Counted from the first letter of the stretch, positions 52,179-61,488 are shown. The stretch is 64,000 nt of DNA from an uncultured Alphaproteobacteria bacterium (GCA_902576125.1 CACGUF010000005.1:18657-82656); one strand, 5' to 3'. The notes: generated from the letters alone by a model not told the origin. Program-made: numbers and translations.

Positions 52179-52502
52179 CTAATCTTTTATTCTATCTACT
52201 CTTCCAATTGACGTTGCTAGTTTTGCAAGCTGTTGATCAATCCAATTAGGATTTCTATCATACATGCTTCCTAATAGAATAAAATATAGACTATGTAATA
52301 AGAATGAACAGGTTATATAAAACCATGTTATTCCTTCTGGAAAAGGGACAAAAAAAATAATTGGAAAAAAAATAATACTTTGAAAAAAAACTTTTACGGC
52401 AATCCCCGCTAATGAGTAATCAAGTGATTTAATAATTATATTCCATAAAGCATGTAAAAATGCTGCAAAAAAAATTAAAAAATATATTGATGCACTTGTC
52501 AT
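52179..52502 (-). pseudogene. truncated EamA/DMT paralog of 32084..32926 with unrelated C-terminal tail
   Basis: First ~82 aa align by eye with the N-terminus of 32084..32926 (AAFLHALWN, LLH..Y); similarity stops where GDLS should follow, then a 25-aa hydrophilic tail. Confidence 0.65.
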
Positions 52503-52546
52503 TAGTAATTGTTTTGATATAAATTAATTTTACTAACTAATTTTAT

Positions 52547-53107
52547 ATGAAAAACAATATCATTAATGAACTTTTGAATTTACTTAAGATAAAAGGTGCT
52601 GATATTCAATACGGGAATGAAGATGTTACCCAGTTAGAACACGCCCTTCAATGTGCTGAACTAGCTGAGCACAATAATAAATCAGACGCATTTATTACAG
52701 CTGCATTACTTCATGATATTGGTCATCTAATATATGAAGACAAAGATCCTATTCATGAGGGAAAAGATGGCGTGCATGAAGATTTAGGAGCTGATTATTT
52801 AGCAAAATATTTTGGTGAAGAAGTAACACTTCCTATTCGAGCACACGTTGCATCAAAGCGATATTTGGCGGCTGTAGAAGATGGGTACTATGATCAACTA
52901 TCTGAAGCATCAAAAGAGTCACTTAAAGTACAGGGTGGTATTTTCACAAAAGAAGAAGCAGAGGAGTTTATCAATAAACCTCAGATGAAAGAAGCCGTTG
53001 AAATGCGTCGTTATGATGATCAGGCAAAAATACTTAATAAAGAAACACCGTCTGTAGAGCATTTCAGAAAATACGTAGAAAATTCATTTCAAGCATCTGC
53101 AAACTAA
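52547..53107 (+). CDS. phnZ: HD-domain C-P cleaving diiron oxygenase (PhnZ/TmpB family)
   Basis: YG.E.VTQLEHALQ, AALLHDIGH, HEDLGA, HV..KRYL, LSEASKESL..QGG, RRYDD.AK. Confidence 0.88.
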   Translation: MKNNIINELLNLLKIKGADIQYGNEDVTQLEHALQCAELAEHNNKSDAFITAALLHDIGHLIYEDKDPIHEGKDGVHEDLGADYLAKYFGEEVTLPIRAHVASKRYLAAVEDGYYDQLSEASKESLKVQGGIFTKEEAEEFINKPQMKEAVEMRRYDDQAKILNKETPSVEHFRKYVENSFQASAN

Positions 53108-53109
53108 TA

Positions 53110-53631
53110 ATGTTCGATGCATATGATTTTATCGATTCAAATAAATTTAATGGCAAAATAGTTTTAACTTCTTTTCCAGGTTTAAATGATGAAGGAAAAT
53201 TTGATTACAAAATTCTTACATCTCAACTCGAATTATTTTCAAAAAAACAATGTAGCTCGATTACTTCTTTTGTGGAAGATAAAGAATTTGAAAAGTTATG
53301 TGATAAAAAATTGTTTGTTGAAAAAATTTATCGACATCATTTAAAATGGTATCACTTACCTATTCAAGATTTAGGAGCACCCAACCAGGATTTTAAATTC
53401 AAATGGGAGACAACAAAAGTATTACTTAAAAATGAACTTATAGAGGGATCGAACGTTGTATTTCATTGTCGAGGTGGCAAAGGACGAGCAGGAACAATTG
53501 CAGCAATATTATTAGTTGATTTTGGCTATGAAAAAAAAGATGCTATTGAACTTGTGAGAGAGAGAAGAAAAGGGGCAATAGAAACGAAAGTTCAAGAAGA
53601 TTTTATCACTGCGTACCGAGCAGTAAATTAA
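53110..53631 (+). CDS. protein-tyrosine/dual-specificity phosphatase (CDKN3-like)
   Basis: WYHLPIQD, HCRGGKGRAG (CX5R), R.GAIET..QE. Confidence 0.87.
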   Translation: MFDAYDFIDSNKFNGKIVLTSFPGLNDEGKFDYKILTSQLELFSKKQCSSITSFVEDKEFEKLCDKKLFVEKIYRHHLKWYHLPIQDLGAPNQDFKFKWETTKVLLKNELIEGSNVVFHCRGGKGRAGTIAAILLVDFGYEKKDAIELVRERRKGAIETKVQEDFITAYRAVN

Positions 53632-54680
53632 AACGATACGGTTAAATTAAAAATATTAGATAGAATAAATAAAAGTATCATTGATATTAATGCTGCAATT
53701 ATAGGAAGCGTAAACCAACCAATTGTAATTCTACCAGCAACTGACCATTGCACTTCTTTCCCTCCCTTTAATAATCCTATTCCAATTACAGCCCCAACAA
53801 CTGCTTGGGAACTGGAAACAGGAACAAGAGGAATTGAGGGTAAATTTATTGATTGTAAAAAATTGCTAATTCCTTGAGAGGCAAACAAAAATAAAACAAT
53901 AGAATGAGAGATAACAACAATAAAAGCGGCAACTGGAGACATTTTCAATAGATCATTACCTACGGTAAACATCACTTTTTTTGAGTAGGTGAAAACACCA
54001 ACGGCAATCGCTAATCCACCCAGTAAAAATAATTGCTCCTTTGAGCTAAAAACAAAAAAACTAGAAATAGAAATATCAGTAAACGGCGATATAGGAACAA
54101 ATACACCCATCACATTAGCAATATTGTTTGCCCCTAAACTGTATGCACCAAAAGCACCTGCTAATAAAAGAGCTGTTCGTGTATATGCATCTAGTCGTAG
54201 AATATGAAGCTTTCTTTTCAAAATAAAATTTTTTGTAAATTTGAAAAAACCCATAGCAATTAATCCTGCTATCACAGGACACAAAACCCAGGTGCCCAAA
54301 ATCGTAATGAGAACTTTTATATTAGTTGCTGATCCCGTGTATAAATTCCATCCAACAATAGCACCAACAATTGCTTGCGTTGTAGATACAGGTAAGCCTG
54401 CTTTCGTCATTAGATAAACCGAAATGCCTGCAGCAATACAAGCAGCAAAAGCACCAGGCAGTGCATTGATGGCACCAAGCTTACCTAATGTTTCGGTAGT
54501 TCCCGCCCCGCTAATGATGGCACCTAATATAACAAAGATACTACAGATGATAGCAGCGGTTTTAAAACGCACCATTCGTGTTCCAACTGCTGTACCAAAA
54601 ACATTTGCGGCATCATTTGCTCCTAAAGACCACCCAAGAAATAATCCACCTAAGAGAAAAATAATAATGGAGATGTCCAT
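53628..54680 (-). CDS. pit: PiT-family inorganic phosphate transporter
   Basis: GANDAANVFGTAVG, GLPVSTT, GANNIAN, PVSSSQ. Confidence 0.92.
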   Translation of the reverse strand: MDISIIIFLLGGLFLGWSLGANDAANVFGTAVGTRMVRFKTAAIICSIFVILGAIISGAGTTETLGKLGAINALPGAFAACIAAGISVYLMTKAGLPVSTTQAIVGAIVGWNLYTGSATNIKVLITILGTWVLCPVIAGLIAMGFFKFTKNFILKRKLHILRLDAYTRTALLLAGAFGAYSLGANNIANVMGVFVPISPFTDISISSFFVFSSKEQLFLLGGLAIAVGVFTYSKKVMFTVGNDLLKMSPVAAFIVVISHSIVLFLFASQGISNFLQSINLPSIPLVPVSSSQAVVGAVIGIGLLKGGKEVQWSVAGRITIGWFTLPIIAALISMILLFILSNIFNLTVSF

Positions 54681-54686
54681 TAGTTA

Positions 54687-55349
54687 TTAAACGGATCTTT
54701 TAATTGCATAGATCTGAACTTCATCAGCAATATCTTCTGCTTGATCACAAATACGATCGATCTTTTCAACAAAATATCGAAGATGCATTTTTTGATCTAA
54801 AGGCAATTCTGAATCAAAAATTCGTCGTGCAAGGGAACTAAATTTTATGTCTGATTCTTTTTCATAAAATGTAACTTTATGCGCGTTGTCTCTAACTGTT
54901 TTAATATCACGAAAGAATGAACGAACGGTTATGCACAATGCTTCAACACAATTAACGACGGTTTCAGTGAGCTCGATAAGATCTTGATGAAACTCTTTTG
55001 GAAAGTTAGGTTTTTGTATTGAAAAGTGATAACAATTACCTTGGTACATACCAATTAATTCATCCATATGTTCGAGGAGACGTAACACATCACTTCGTGC
55101 ATCAGGGATGAGCGTTTCCTCATATAATGTGTGCTCTACTTCTTTTGTTATTTTATCTGCTTTACTCTCCATTTCTTTAACTTTTTCAACCATTTCATCA
55201 AATTTACCATTGGCTGAATGGTTGAGATAGGTTGGTACAATACTTTTAAATACTAAGCCAACCTCAGAGAGAATATCGACAAATCCATCAATTTCTCGCT
55301 CAAGTTTTTTTGTATCACTGAATAATGAGCTTTTATTTAATCCAAACAT
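54687..55349 (-). CDS. DUF47 (PhoU-like) Pit accessory protein
   Basis: ESKAD, EKESD, DQAED helical repeats; directly upstream of pit. Confidence 0.88.
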   Translation of the reverse strand: MFGLNKSSLFSDTKKLEREIDGFVDILSEVGLVFKSIVPTYLNHSANGKFDEMVEKVKEMESKADKITKEVEHTLYEETLIPDARSDVLRLLEHMDELIGMYQGNCYHFSIQKPNFPKEFHQDLIELTETVVNCVEALCITVRSFFRDIKTVRDNAHKVTFYEKESDIKFSSLARRIFDSELPLDQKMHLRYFVEKIDRICDQAEDIADEVQIYAIKRSV

Positions 55350-55388
55350 TGGGCGCTTATAAAACTTTTAATTAAAAAAGAAAGAAAT

Positions 55389-55406
55389 GTTACAAATATG
55401 TTACAT
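55389..55406 (-). promoter_or_regulatory. Pho-box-like direct repeat upstream of DUF47-pit
   Basis: Minus strand ATGTAAC-ATAT-TTGTAAC, 11-bp period, ~40 nt before the start codon. Confidence 0.68.
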
Positions 55407-55472
55407 TTAAACAAAAATTTCAAATTACTGTAATATAAGAAATATATTAAACTTATACATTCAGGAGCATCA

Positions 55473-55700
55473 ATGAATCTCATTTCAATAAATAACTTAA
55501 AGTGGTTAAGCACTTTTTTAATTTTAACAGGTATACTTCTTACTAATTTAAATAATTATCCAGTTAATATTTTCATTCATGGTCTTGGCGCTGTTGGGTG
55601 GTCTATTGCTGGCTTAATAACGAAAGATAGAGCGTTAATGACTAACTTTGGTTTACAAATTCCACTTTTTGTAATTGGATACACCTATTACTTGTCATAG
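55473..55700 (+). CDS. small hypothetical membrane protein
   Basis: 75 aa, three hydrophobic segments (KW......G..LT..N.YP.N), AGGAG RBS. Confidence 0.75.
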   Translation: MNLISINNLKWLSTFLILTGILLTNLNNYPVNIFIHGLGAVGWSIAGLITKDRALMTNFGLQIPLFVIGYTYYLS

Positions 55701-55706
55701 TTTAAC

Positions 55707-56120
55707 ATGAAAAAAATTTTATTTATGTGTGTAGCGAATTCAGCGCGAAGTCAAATGGCTGAGGGTATTGCAAAACATTTGTATCCTAAAATTGAGGTTC
55801 AAAGTGCGGGATCAATACCTTCCAAAGTTAATCCTCTTGCTATTCAGGTTATGGAAGAAATAAATATTGATATCACTGATCATTTTTCAAAAGATTTTGA
55901 AAGTTTAGACAACAAATTTAGAGATGAATTAAAAACTGTTTTTACACTTTGTAAGGAAGAAGTATGTCCAGTTTTAAATTCTAAAGCTCAGATACTTTCA
56001 ATTCCATTTGATGATCCGGCATCAGATCATTTTAGTTCAAACCAATTAGATAAATTTAGAGAAGTAAGAGATTCAATTTTTAATAAATTGAAAGAACTAA
56101 AAAATTTATTTGAGAACTAA
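55707..56120 (+). CDS. arsC: arsenate reductase, thioredoxin-type (LMW-PTP fold)
   Basis: ILFMCVANSARSQMAEG, SAGS, TLC....CP, DDPA, FREVRD. Confidence 0.88.
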   Translation: MKKILFMCVANSARSQMAEGIAKHLYPKIEVQSAGSIPSKVNPLAIQVMEEINIDITDHFSKDFESLDNKFRDELKTVFTLCKEEVCPVLNSKAQILSIPFDDPASDHFSSNQLDKFREVRDSIFNKLKELKNLFEN

Positions 56121-56203
56121 TGAAATTTAAAAATTAGTTTAATTTATTAAAATTTAATATTCTATTAATACGTCTGTAAAAAATAAAATTTAAATGCTTT
56201 TTA

Positions 56204-56252
56204 CCACTCACAGTATTAATTCCTCCTGAATATGTCCAATAGTTGTGAGTGG
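56204..56252. ncRNA. candidate structured RNA: hairpin with CCTCCT (anti-SD) loop
   Basis: CCACTCACA...TGTGAGTGG 9-bp perfect stem extended by TATT/AATA; loop contains TCCTCCT. Confidence 0.35.
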
Positions 56253-56285
56253 GATTAAGTTCTTATTTCTCATTTTTTATCAACC

Positions 56286-56303
56286 CTTTAACAATATTTT
56301 AAC
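56286..56303 (+). promoter_or_regulatory. Pho-box-like direct repeat upstream of the acyltransferase
   Basis: CTTTAAC-AATA-TTTTAAC, 11-bp period. Confidence 0.45.
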
Positions 56304-56335
56304 ATTTTAATATTAAGAAATCTAAAGTAGATTTT

Positions 56336-57178
56336 ATGAAAATTGATAAACCAGCATTTTCCTTTTCTAACTCCGAAGTTAATCCTATTGGAAAGATTAT
56401 AATTCAATTAACCGAATTGGGAACGGGTAAAATTAAGTTACGTAAGTTATATGACCAATATTTAAGAGAAAGTTTACCCCCAGAGAATTTTTGGCATGAT
56501 GCAATTGATAGATTAGATCTCCGTGTTCAGGCCCATTATCATTCTAAAAGTAATATTCCTGAAAATGGCAGGCTTGTAGTAATCGCTAACCATGCATTTG
56601 GTATTGCAGACGGGCTTACGATATGTTCTTTAATTAGTAAAATCAGACAAGATTATAAAATTATTACGCATAAAGTTTTACAAGGAGCAGATTTTATTAA
56701 GGAAAATATTATTCCTCTTGATTTTTCAAAAAATAAAAATGCTTTAATAAATAATATCGCTGCACGTAAAGAAAGTGAAGAACACTTAAGAAATAATGGA
56801 GTACTTATTATTTTTCCATCAGGATCAGTTTCAACTAAACCAAAATTAAAAAAAGGAATCAAAGCAATAGATGGTGATTGGAAACAATTTACTTCTAAAA
56901 TAATAATGAAAACTCAATCACCTGCCCTCCCCATTTTTTTTGAAGGACAAAATAGTGAACTTTTTCATTTTGCTGATAAACTTGGGCAAGTTTTTCGATA
57001 TTCTTTAATGATGTATGAACTTAAAAGAAGAATCGGAAAAAAAATTGATGTTCATATTGGAAAAAAAATACCTTTTGAAACTATAAAAGAAATTGGCAAT
57101 CTTATTGAGATTACAAAATTTTTAAGAGATAGTACTTATAGATTAGATCCTAGTAATAAAAACTCAATATTCAATTAA
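56336..57178 (+). CDS. lysophospholipid acyltransferase family protein (PlsC fold, OlsA/OlsF-like)
   Basis: ANHAFGIADG (HX4D), IFPSG, P.LPIFF.GQNS. Confidence 0.83.
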   Translation: MKIDKPAFSFSNSEVNPIGKIIIQLTELGTGKIKLRKLYDQYLRESLPPENFWHDAIDRLDLRVQAHYHSKSNIPENGRLVVIANHAFGIADGLTICSLISKIRQDYKIITHKVLQGADFIKENIIPLDFSKNKNALINNIAARKESEEHLRNNGVLIIFPSGSVSTKPKLKKGIKAIDGDWKQFTSKIIMKTQSPALPIFFEGQNSELFHFADKLGQVFRYSLMMYELKRRIGKKIDVHIGKKIPFETIKEIGNLIEITKFLRDSTYRLDPSNKNSIFN

Positions 57179-57260
57179 ATAGTCAGATCTATTTCTTCAA
57201 GTATCACAGATGGATTTGATATAGAAGGCGTTGAGTCGATTAATAAAAAATTAAATTCTT

Positions 57261-57283
57261 GAAGCTGGATATATTCCAGCCTC
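57261..57283 (-). terminator. hairpin after ppk
   Basis: GCTGGA-TATAT-TCCAGC core at the ppk stop codon; AT-rich tail on the minus strand. Confidence 0.5.
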
Positions 57284-59381
57284 AAATTTTTAAATTAGAC
57301 TTAGCTCTAGATTTGAGTTTTGCTGAACCCCTTCCAGATAAGCTTGGATTTTTGATAAAAAAATTGTGAGAAGAAAAATTTTTCTCTTTGCTTGATATTT
57401 CTTTTCTCTGATAATTGCCATTACTTAACATTTGCCAAGAATTGGTATTATCTGTCATACTGGCAATTAAGATCTGATTTAATATTTGTTCATGCACAGT
57501 TTCATTTTCGATAGGAATAAATGTTTCAACCCGCCTATCTAGATTTCTTTGCATTAAATCCGCAGAAGAAATAAACAAGATATTTTTTTTATGAGGAAAT
57601 TTATGACCATTATAAAAACAATATATTCTCGTATGTTCTAAAAAACGACCGATTATACTTTTAACAACTATATTTTCTGATAGATTTTCTTTACCAGGAA
57701 TTAGAGAGCAAATTCCTCTAATTAACAATTCAATTTTTACATTTTTTTGAGATGCTTTATAAAATTCATCAATAATTTGTTTATCAACAAGAGAATTACA
57801 TTTACACACTATTCCAGATGGCTTATTTTTTCCGGCATTTGTAATTTCATTTCTGATTAGTTCATTTAATTTGTTTCTTGCTGTTATTGGAGAATATACT
57901 ACTTTTTTTATTGTTGTTGGTTCTGAATAACTAGTTAAATAATTAAACATTTTTGCTGCATCATTTGTTAATGTTTTATCACAGGTGAAATAAGATAAAT
58001 CCATATAAATTTTTGCATTTCTCGGGTGATAATTACCTGTCCCATAGTGTGCGTAATTTATAACAGAATTCATTTGCTTCCTTGTTACAAGTGTAATTTT
58101 TGCATGAGTTTTCATATTGATATTACCAAAAATTACTTGCGCCCCAGCTAATTCTAATTCTTTTGCCCATTTTAAGTTACGCTCTTCATCAAAACGTGCT
58201 TGCAACTCTATAATGACAGTTACCAATTTCCCTTTTTGTGCTGCTCGAACTAAACTAGTTTCTATCGGTGAGTCATCAGTAGTTCGATATAAAGTATGTT
58301 TTATTGATAAAACTTTTGGATCATCTGCAGCTTGATCAATAAACTGAGTTACTACTTCAAAAGATTCAAAAGGGTGATGAATAACAATATCTTTATTTGT
58401 TATAGCTTTAAAATAATCACTTTTAAAATCTTTAATTCTTTCAGGAAATCGTACCTTAAATTTTGGAAAAAATAATTTCTTAAAATCTTTTAAAAAAATT
58501 GACTCTATACTAGAAAGATTAATGGGTATTGGAAGTTTATATGTATTTACATCCTTATAGTTAAGTTTTTTATTTATGAATTTAATTAAGTGACTAGATA
58601 TATTTTCATCAAAATCAATTCTTATTACCTCTTGCCTTCTTCTCTCAAAAATTGCTTTCTGAAATACTAAAAATAAATCCTCTCCTTCACCCCCTAACTC
58701 TAATTCACTATTCCTAATTGGTCTAAAAACACCTTTATCTAAAACTCTATCACACTGGAAAATTTTTTTTAAAAAAATAAGTAAGGCTGTCTCCATAGAT
58801 ACAAAACGTGTTTTTTTACTTGGTAATTTAATAAATTTTTCTAATCCTTCTGGCACTCTCAGTATTCCATAAAAAGTTTTTTTATTATTTATTAAACGAC
58901 ATACCAAAGTTGTTTCTTTGTTTGGTATAAAAGGAAATGGGTGAGATGGATCAATAATAATCGGCGTTAAAACCCCCCAATTATTTTCTTCTAAATAATT
59001 TTTAATAAATGTTTTATCTTTTATTTTAAGCGTTTTTTCTACATCTATATGAATCTTATTTTCTGAGAGCTCTCTTAGTAAATCTATCCATATTGATTTT
59101 ATATTTGAAATCATCTTCGATGTTTCTTTATCTATGAGTTTGAGTTGTTGTTGTGGTGTTAATCCATCAAAACTTTTAATTCGTGAAAATTTTTGAACAT
59201 TTAATCCTGCCACTCTAACCATAAAAAATTCATCTAAATTAGAGAATGCTATTGATAAAAACCTAACTCTTTCTAATAGTGGAATTTTACTATCAGTTGC
59301 TTGGCTTAAGACTCTTTCATTGAATTTTAGCCAAGATAATTCTCTGTTTACATAGTTATAAGAGATATTTTTCTTTAACAT
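57282..59381 (-). CDS. ppk1: polyphosphate kinase 1
   Basis: NRELSWL.FN.RV, NLDEFFMVRVAG, HPFP, HHPFESF, ARFDE, KTHAK, GRFLEH.R, SADLM.RNLDRRVE. Confidence 0.97.
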   Translation of the reverse strand: MLKKNISYNYVNRELSWLKFNERVLSQATDSKIPLLERVRFLSIAFSNLDEFFMVRVAGLNVQKFSRIKSFDGLTPQQQLKLIDKETSKMISNIKSIWIDLLRELSENKIHIDVEKTLKIKDKTFIKNYLEENNWGVLTPIIIDPSHPFPFIPNKETTLVCRLINNKKTFYGILRVPEGLEKFIKLPSKKTRFVSMETALLIFLKKIFQCDRVLDKGVFRPIRNSELELGGEGEDLFLVFQKAIFERRRQEVIRIDFDENISSHLIKFINKKLNYKDVNTYKLPIPINLSSIESIFLKDFKKLFFPKFKVRFPERIKDFKSDYFKAITNKDIVIHHPFESFEVVTQFIDQAADDPKVLSIKHTLYRTTDDSPIETSLVRAAQKGKLVTVIIELQARFDEERNLKWAKELELAGAQVIFGNINMKTHAKITLVTRKQMNSVINYAHYGTGNYHPRNAKIYMDLSYFTCDKTLTNDAAKMFNYLTSYSEPTTIKKVVYSPITARNKLNELIRNEITNAGKNKPSGIVCKCNSLVDKQIIDEFYKASQKNVKIELLIRGICSLIPGKENLSENIVVKSIIGRFLEHTRIYCFYNGHKFPHKKNILFISSADLMQRNLDRRVETFIPIENETVHEQILNQILIASMTDNTNSWQMLSNGNYQRKEISSKEKNFSSHNFFIKNPSLSGRGSAKLKSRAKSNLKI

Positions 59382-59441
59382 AATTTTTTTTTATATTTTT
59401 TAGATATAAAAAAAACTCTTTCACAAAAAATTCATATTTCT

Positions 59442-59900
59442 TTAATAATTTTTATTTTTTGGTTTTAAAATTTCATTAATAATCCAGCTATTTTTAAAGG
59501 ATATTATGGCAAAAGCACAAGTTGGAAAATGTTCAATATTTGAATTACATAAAACATTAATTGATTCTATTAAACCAGGGTTATGACCAATGATAAGCGT
59601 ATTTTTTTTTAATTTTTTAATTTTTCTTACAAGTAAATTTGGCGGACATTCATAAATACCGTTATCAACTGTAAACTTTACTGAGCGATCAAAAGAACCA
59701 GAAATTATATCATATGTGCTTGTTGTTCTTTTAGAAGGAGAACATATTATCTGACTAATTTGAAATTTTCTTTTATCTAATATTTTAGAAAATTGTTTTG
59801 CATTTCTCATACCTCTTTTATTCAGAGGCCTATCAATGTCATCAAGTTCTAAATTATCCCAACTGGATTTGGCGTGACGTAATAAATAGACTTGTAGCAT
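59442..59900 (-). CDS. sixA: histidine phosphatase, SixA-like
   Basis: LLRHAKSSW, DRPLNKRG, SPSKRT, IGHNPG. Confidence 0.85.
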   Translation of the reverse strand: MLQVYLLRHAKSSWDNLELDDIDRPLNKRGMRNAKQFSKILDKRKFQISQIICSPSKRTTSTYDIISGSFDRSVKFTVDNGIYECPPNLLVRKIKKLKKNTLIIGHNPGLIESINVLCNSNIEHFPTCAFAIISFKNSWIINEILKPKNKNY

Positions 59901-59932
59901 ACGAGTTTAATACTTTAGATGTATACATTACC

Positions 59933-60838
59933 ATGGTTAAAAAAAAAAATATAAATCCCATAACAGTGATTGATCTAGGCTCTAATACATTTAGACTAGT
60001 TATATATGAGCAAGCTATTTATCCTTTTCCAATACTTTATCAAAAAAGAGAATTTTTAAAATTAGGTGAAAGTATTAAAACAGGTAAAATCCCATCGATG
60101 AAAATAAAAGAAGCTATAAAATGCTTAAAAGAATATATTAAGATTGCAAAAGATTATGAGTCTTTAGATATTCATATGATTGCTACTGCCGCAATTCGTG
60201 AAACAATAAATGGAAAAGAAATTATTGAACCCTTCAAGAAAAAAAAGTCAGTTAGAGTAAAAGTGCTCTTACCAAAAAATGAGGCTAAATGCGGATGCCT
60301 AGGTGTAATTAGTTCAATTAAAAATCCAATAGGTTTAGTCGCTGACTTGGGAGGTGGAAGTTTAGAACTTAGTACTATAAAAAATAAGAACATACTTGAG
60401 ACTAAAAGTTTAAAAATTGGCATCTTAAGAAGTGAATCTGATATGTACAAAACTACTAAAATTAAATTTGATAATTTTTTATTTTCGAAATTCAAAAACC
60501 AATCTCTTAAATTTTCTAAAAACGCAGGAAATATTTATGTTATTGGAGGTATGTGGCGCAATCTTGCAAAACTTCATTTACATCTAAATGGCATCAAGAA
60601 AAAAAAACTACATGGCTACCTGATACCATTTTCAGAGCTAGAAATATTTTACCACAAATTATACTCTATGGAAAAAAAACAAATTCAAAAATTGAATGTT
60701 GTTCAACCCAATCGATTAGATAAATTAAAATTATCTACATGTATTTTATTTAGCCTTGCATCATTTTATGAAATTAAAAATATTATTTTTGTAAGATATG
60801 GAATTCGAGAAGGCTACTTATATGATAAGTTGAACTAA
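59933..60838 (+). CDS. ppx: exopolyphosphatase Ppx/GppA (N-terminal domain only)
   Basis: IDLGSNTFRL, ATAAIR, DLGGGSLEL, GG.WR.LA, GIREG; start refined to ATG 59933 to avoid overlap with sixA. Confidence 0.88.
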   Translation: MVKKKNINPITVIDLGSNTFRLVIYEQAIYPFPILYQKREFLKLGESIKTGKIPSMKIKEAIKCLKEYIKIAKDYESLDIHMIATAAIRETINGKEIIEPFKKKKSVRVKVLLPKNEAKCGCLGVISSIKNPIGLVADLGGGSLELSTIKNKNILETKSLKIGILRSESDMYKTTKIKFDNFLFSKFKNQSLKFSKNAGNIYVIGGMWRNLAKLHLHLNGIKKKKLHGYLIPFSELEIFYHKLYSMEKKQIQKLNVVQPNRLDKLKLSTCILFSLASFYEIKNIIFVRYGIREGYLYDKLN

Positions 60839-61488
60839 TTTTTATAAAACAATCTAACAATAATTGTAGCAATAAGAGCACCAATAATTTGTGCTAAAAT
60901 AAAATATATAACGCTTCCTGGATGTATGCCTGTAAAAGTATCAGTAAACATTCTAGATATAGTTACTGCTGGGTTAGCAAAACTTGTAGAAGATGTGAAC
61001 CAATAACCTGCTGTTATATACAGAGCTACAGCAATTGATATTTTTTCTTTACTAATTGATCCAATAATTATTATTACCAAAACTAGACCAAAAGTTGCAA
61101 TTATCTCTGAGATAAAAGTTAATGTACTGTATCGCTGGTTAGAAGAAAATTCTACTAACTCATTTCCAAAATATAAGTTAGCAATAATACAACCTAATAT
61201 GCCTCCAGATACCTGAGCAATAATAAAACCAAATGACAATGCTATGTCTATCTTTTTGTTAATTAAATCACTTAGCACTACTATTGGATTAAAATACGCC
61301 CCAGAAATATTAATAAACATACTAATGATTACATATAAAATTGCACCAGTTGCTAATGAATTAGCAAGAAGAGTAATAGCATTATTATTAGATAAGTTTT
61401 CTCCCATTATTCCACTTCCAACAATAGTTAAAACAAGAAAAAAAGTTCCTATAAATTCTGATAAAATTTTTGTATAATTGTTACTCAT
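60835..61488 (-). CDS. aquaporin/MIP channel, AqpS-like (arsenite-permeable type)
   Basis: EFIGT...VGSGIM, SGAYFNPI, YWFTSSTSFANPAVT; start refined to 61488 (TAATG overlap). Confidence 0.85.
   Translation of the reverse strand: MSNNYTKILSEFIGTFFLVLTIVGSGIMGENLSNNNAITLLANSLATGAILYVIISMFINISGAYFNPIVVLSDLINKKIDIALSFGFIIAQVSGGILGCIIANLYFGNELVEFSSNQRYSTLTFISEIIATFGLVLVIIIIGSISKEKISIAVALYITAGYWFTSSTSFANPAVTISRMFTDTFTGIHPGSVIYFILAQIIGALIATIIVRLFYKN

Noticed and set aside
53989-54690. + strand ORFs of 72 and 88 aa
   Set aside because: Antisense to pit; typical shadow ORFs of a hydrophobic gene
57179-57262. Open frame continuing after the acyltransferase stop (IVRSISSSITDGFDIEGVESINKKLNS)
   Set aside because: No start, RBS or motif, and the acyltransferase is already of normal length; could be a gene remnant but unsupported
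59798-59932. N-terminal extension of the ppx ORF
   Set aside because: Overlaps divergent sixA; the family motif begins just after ATG 59933
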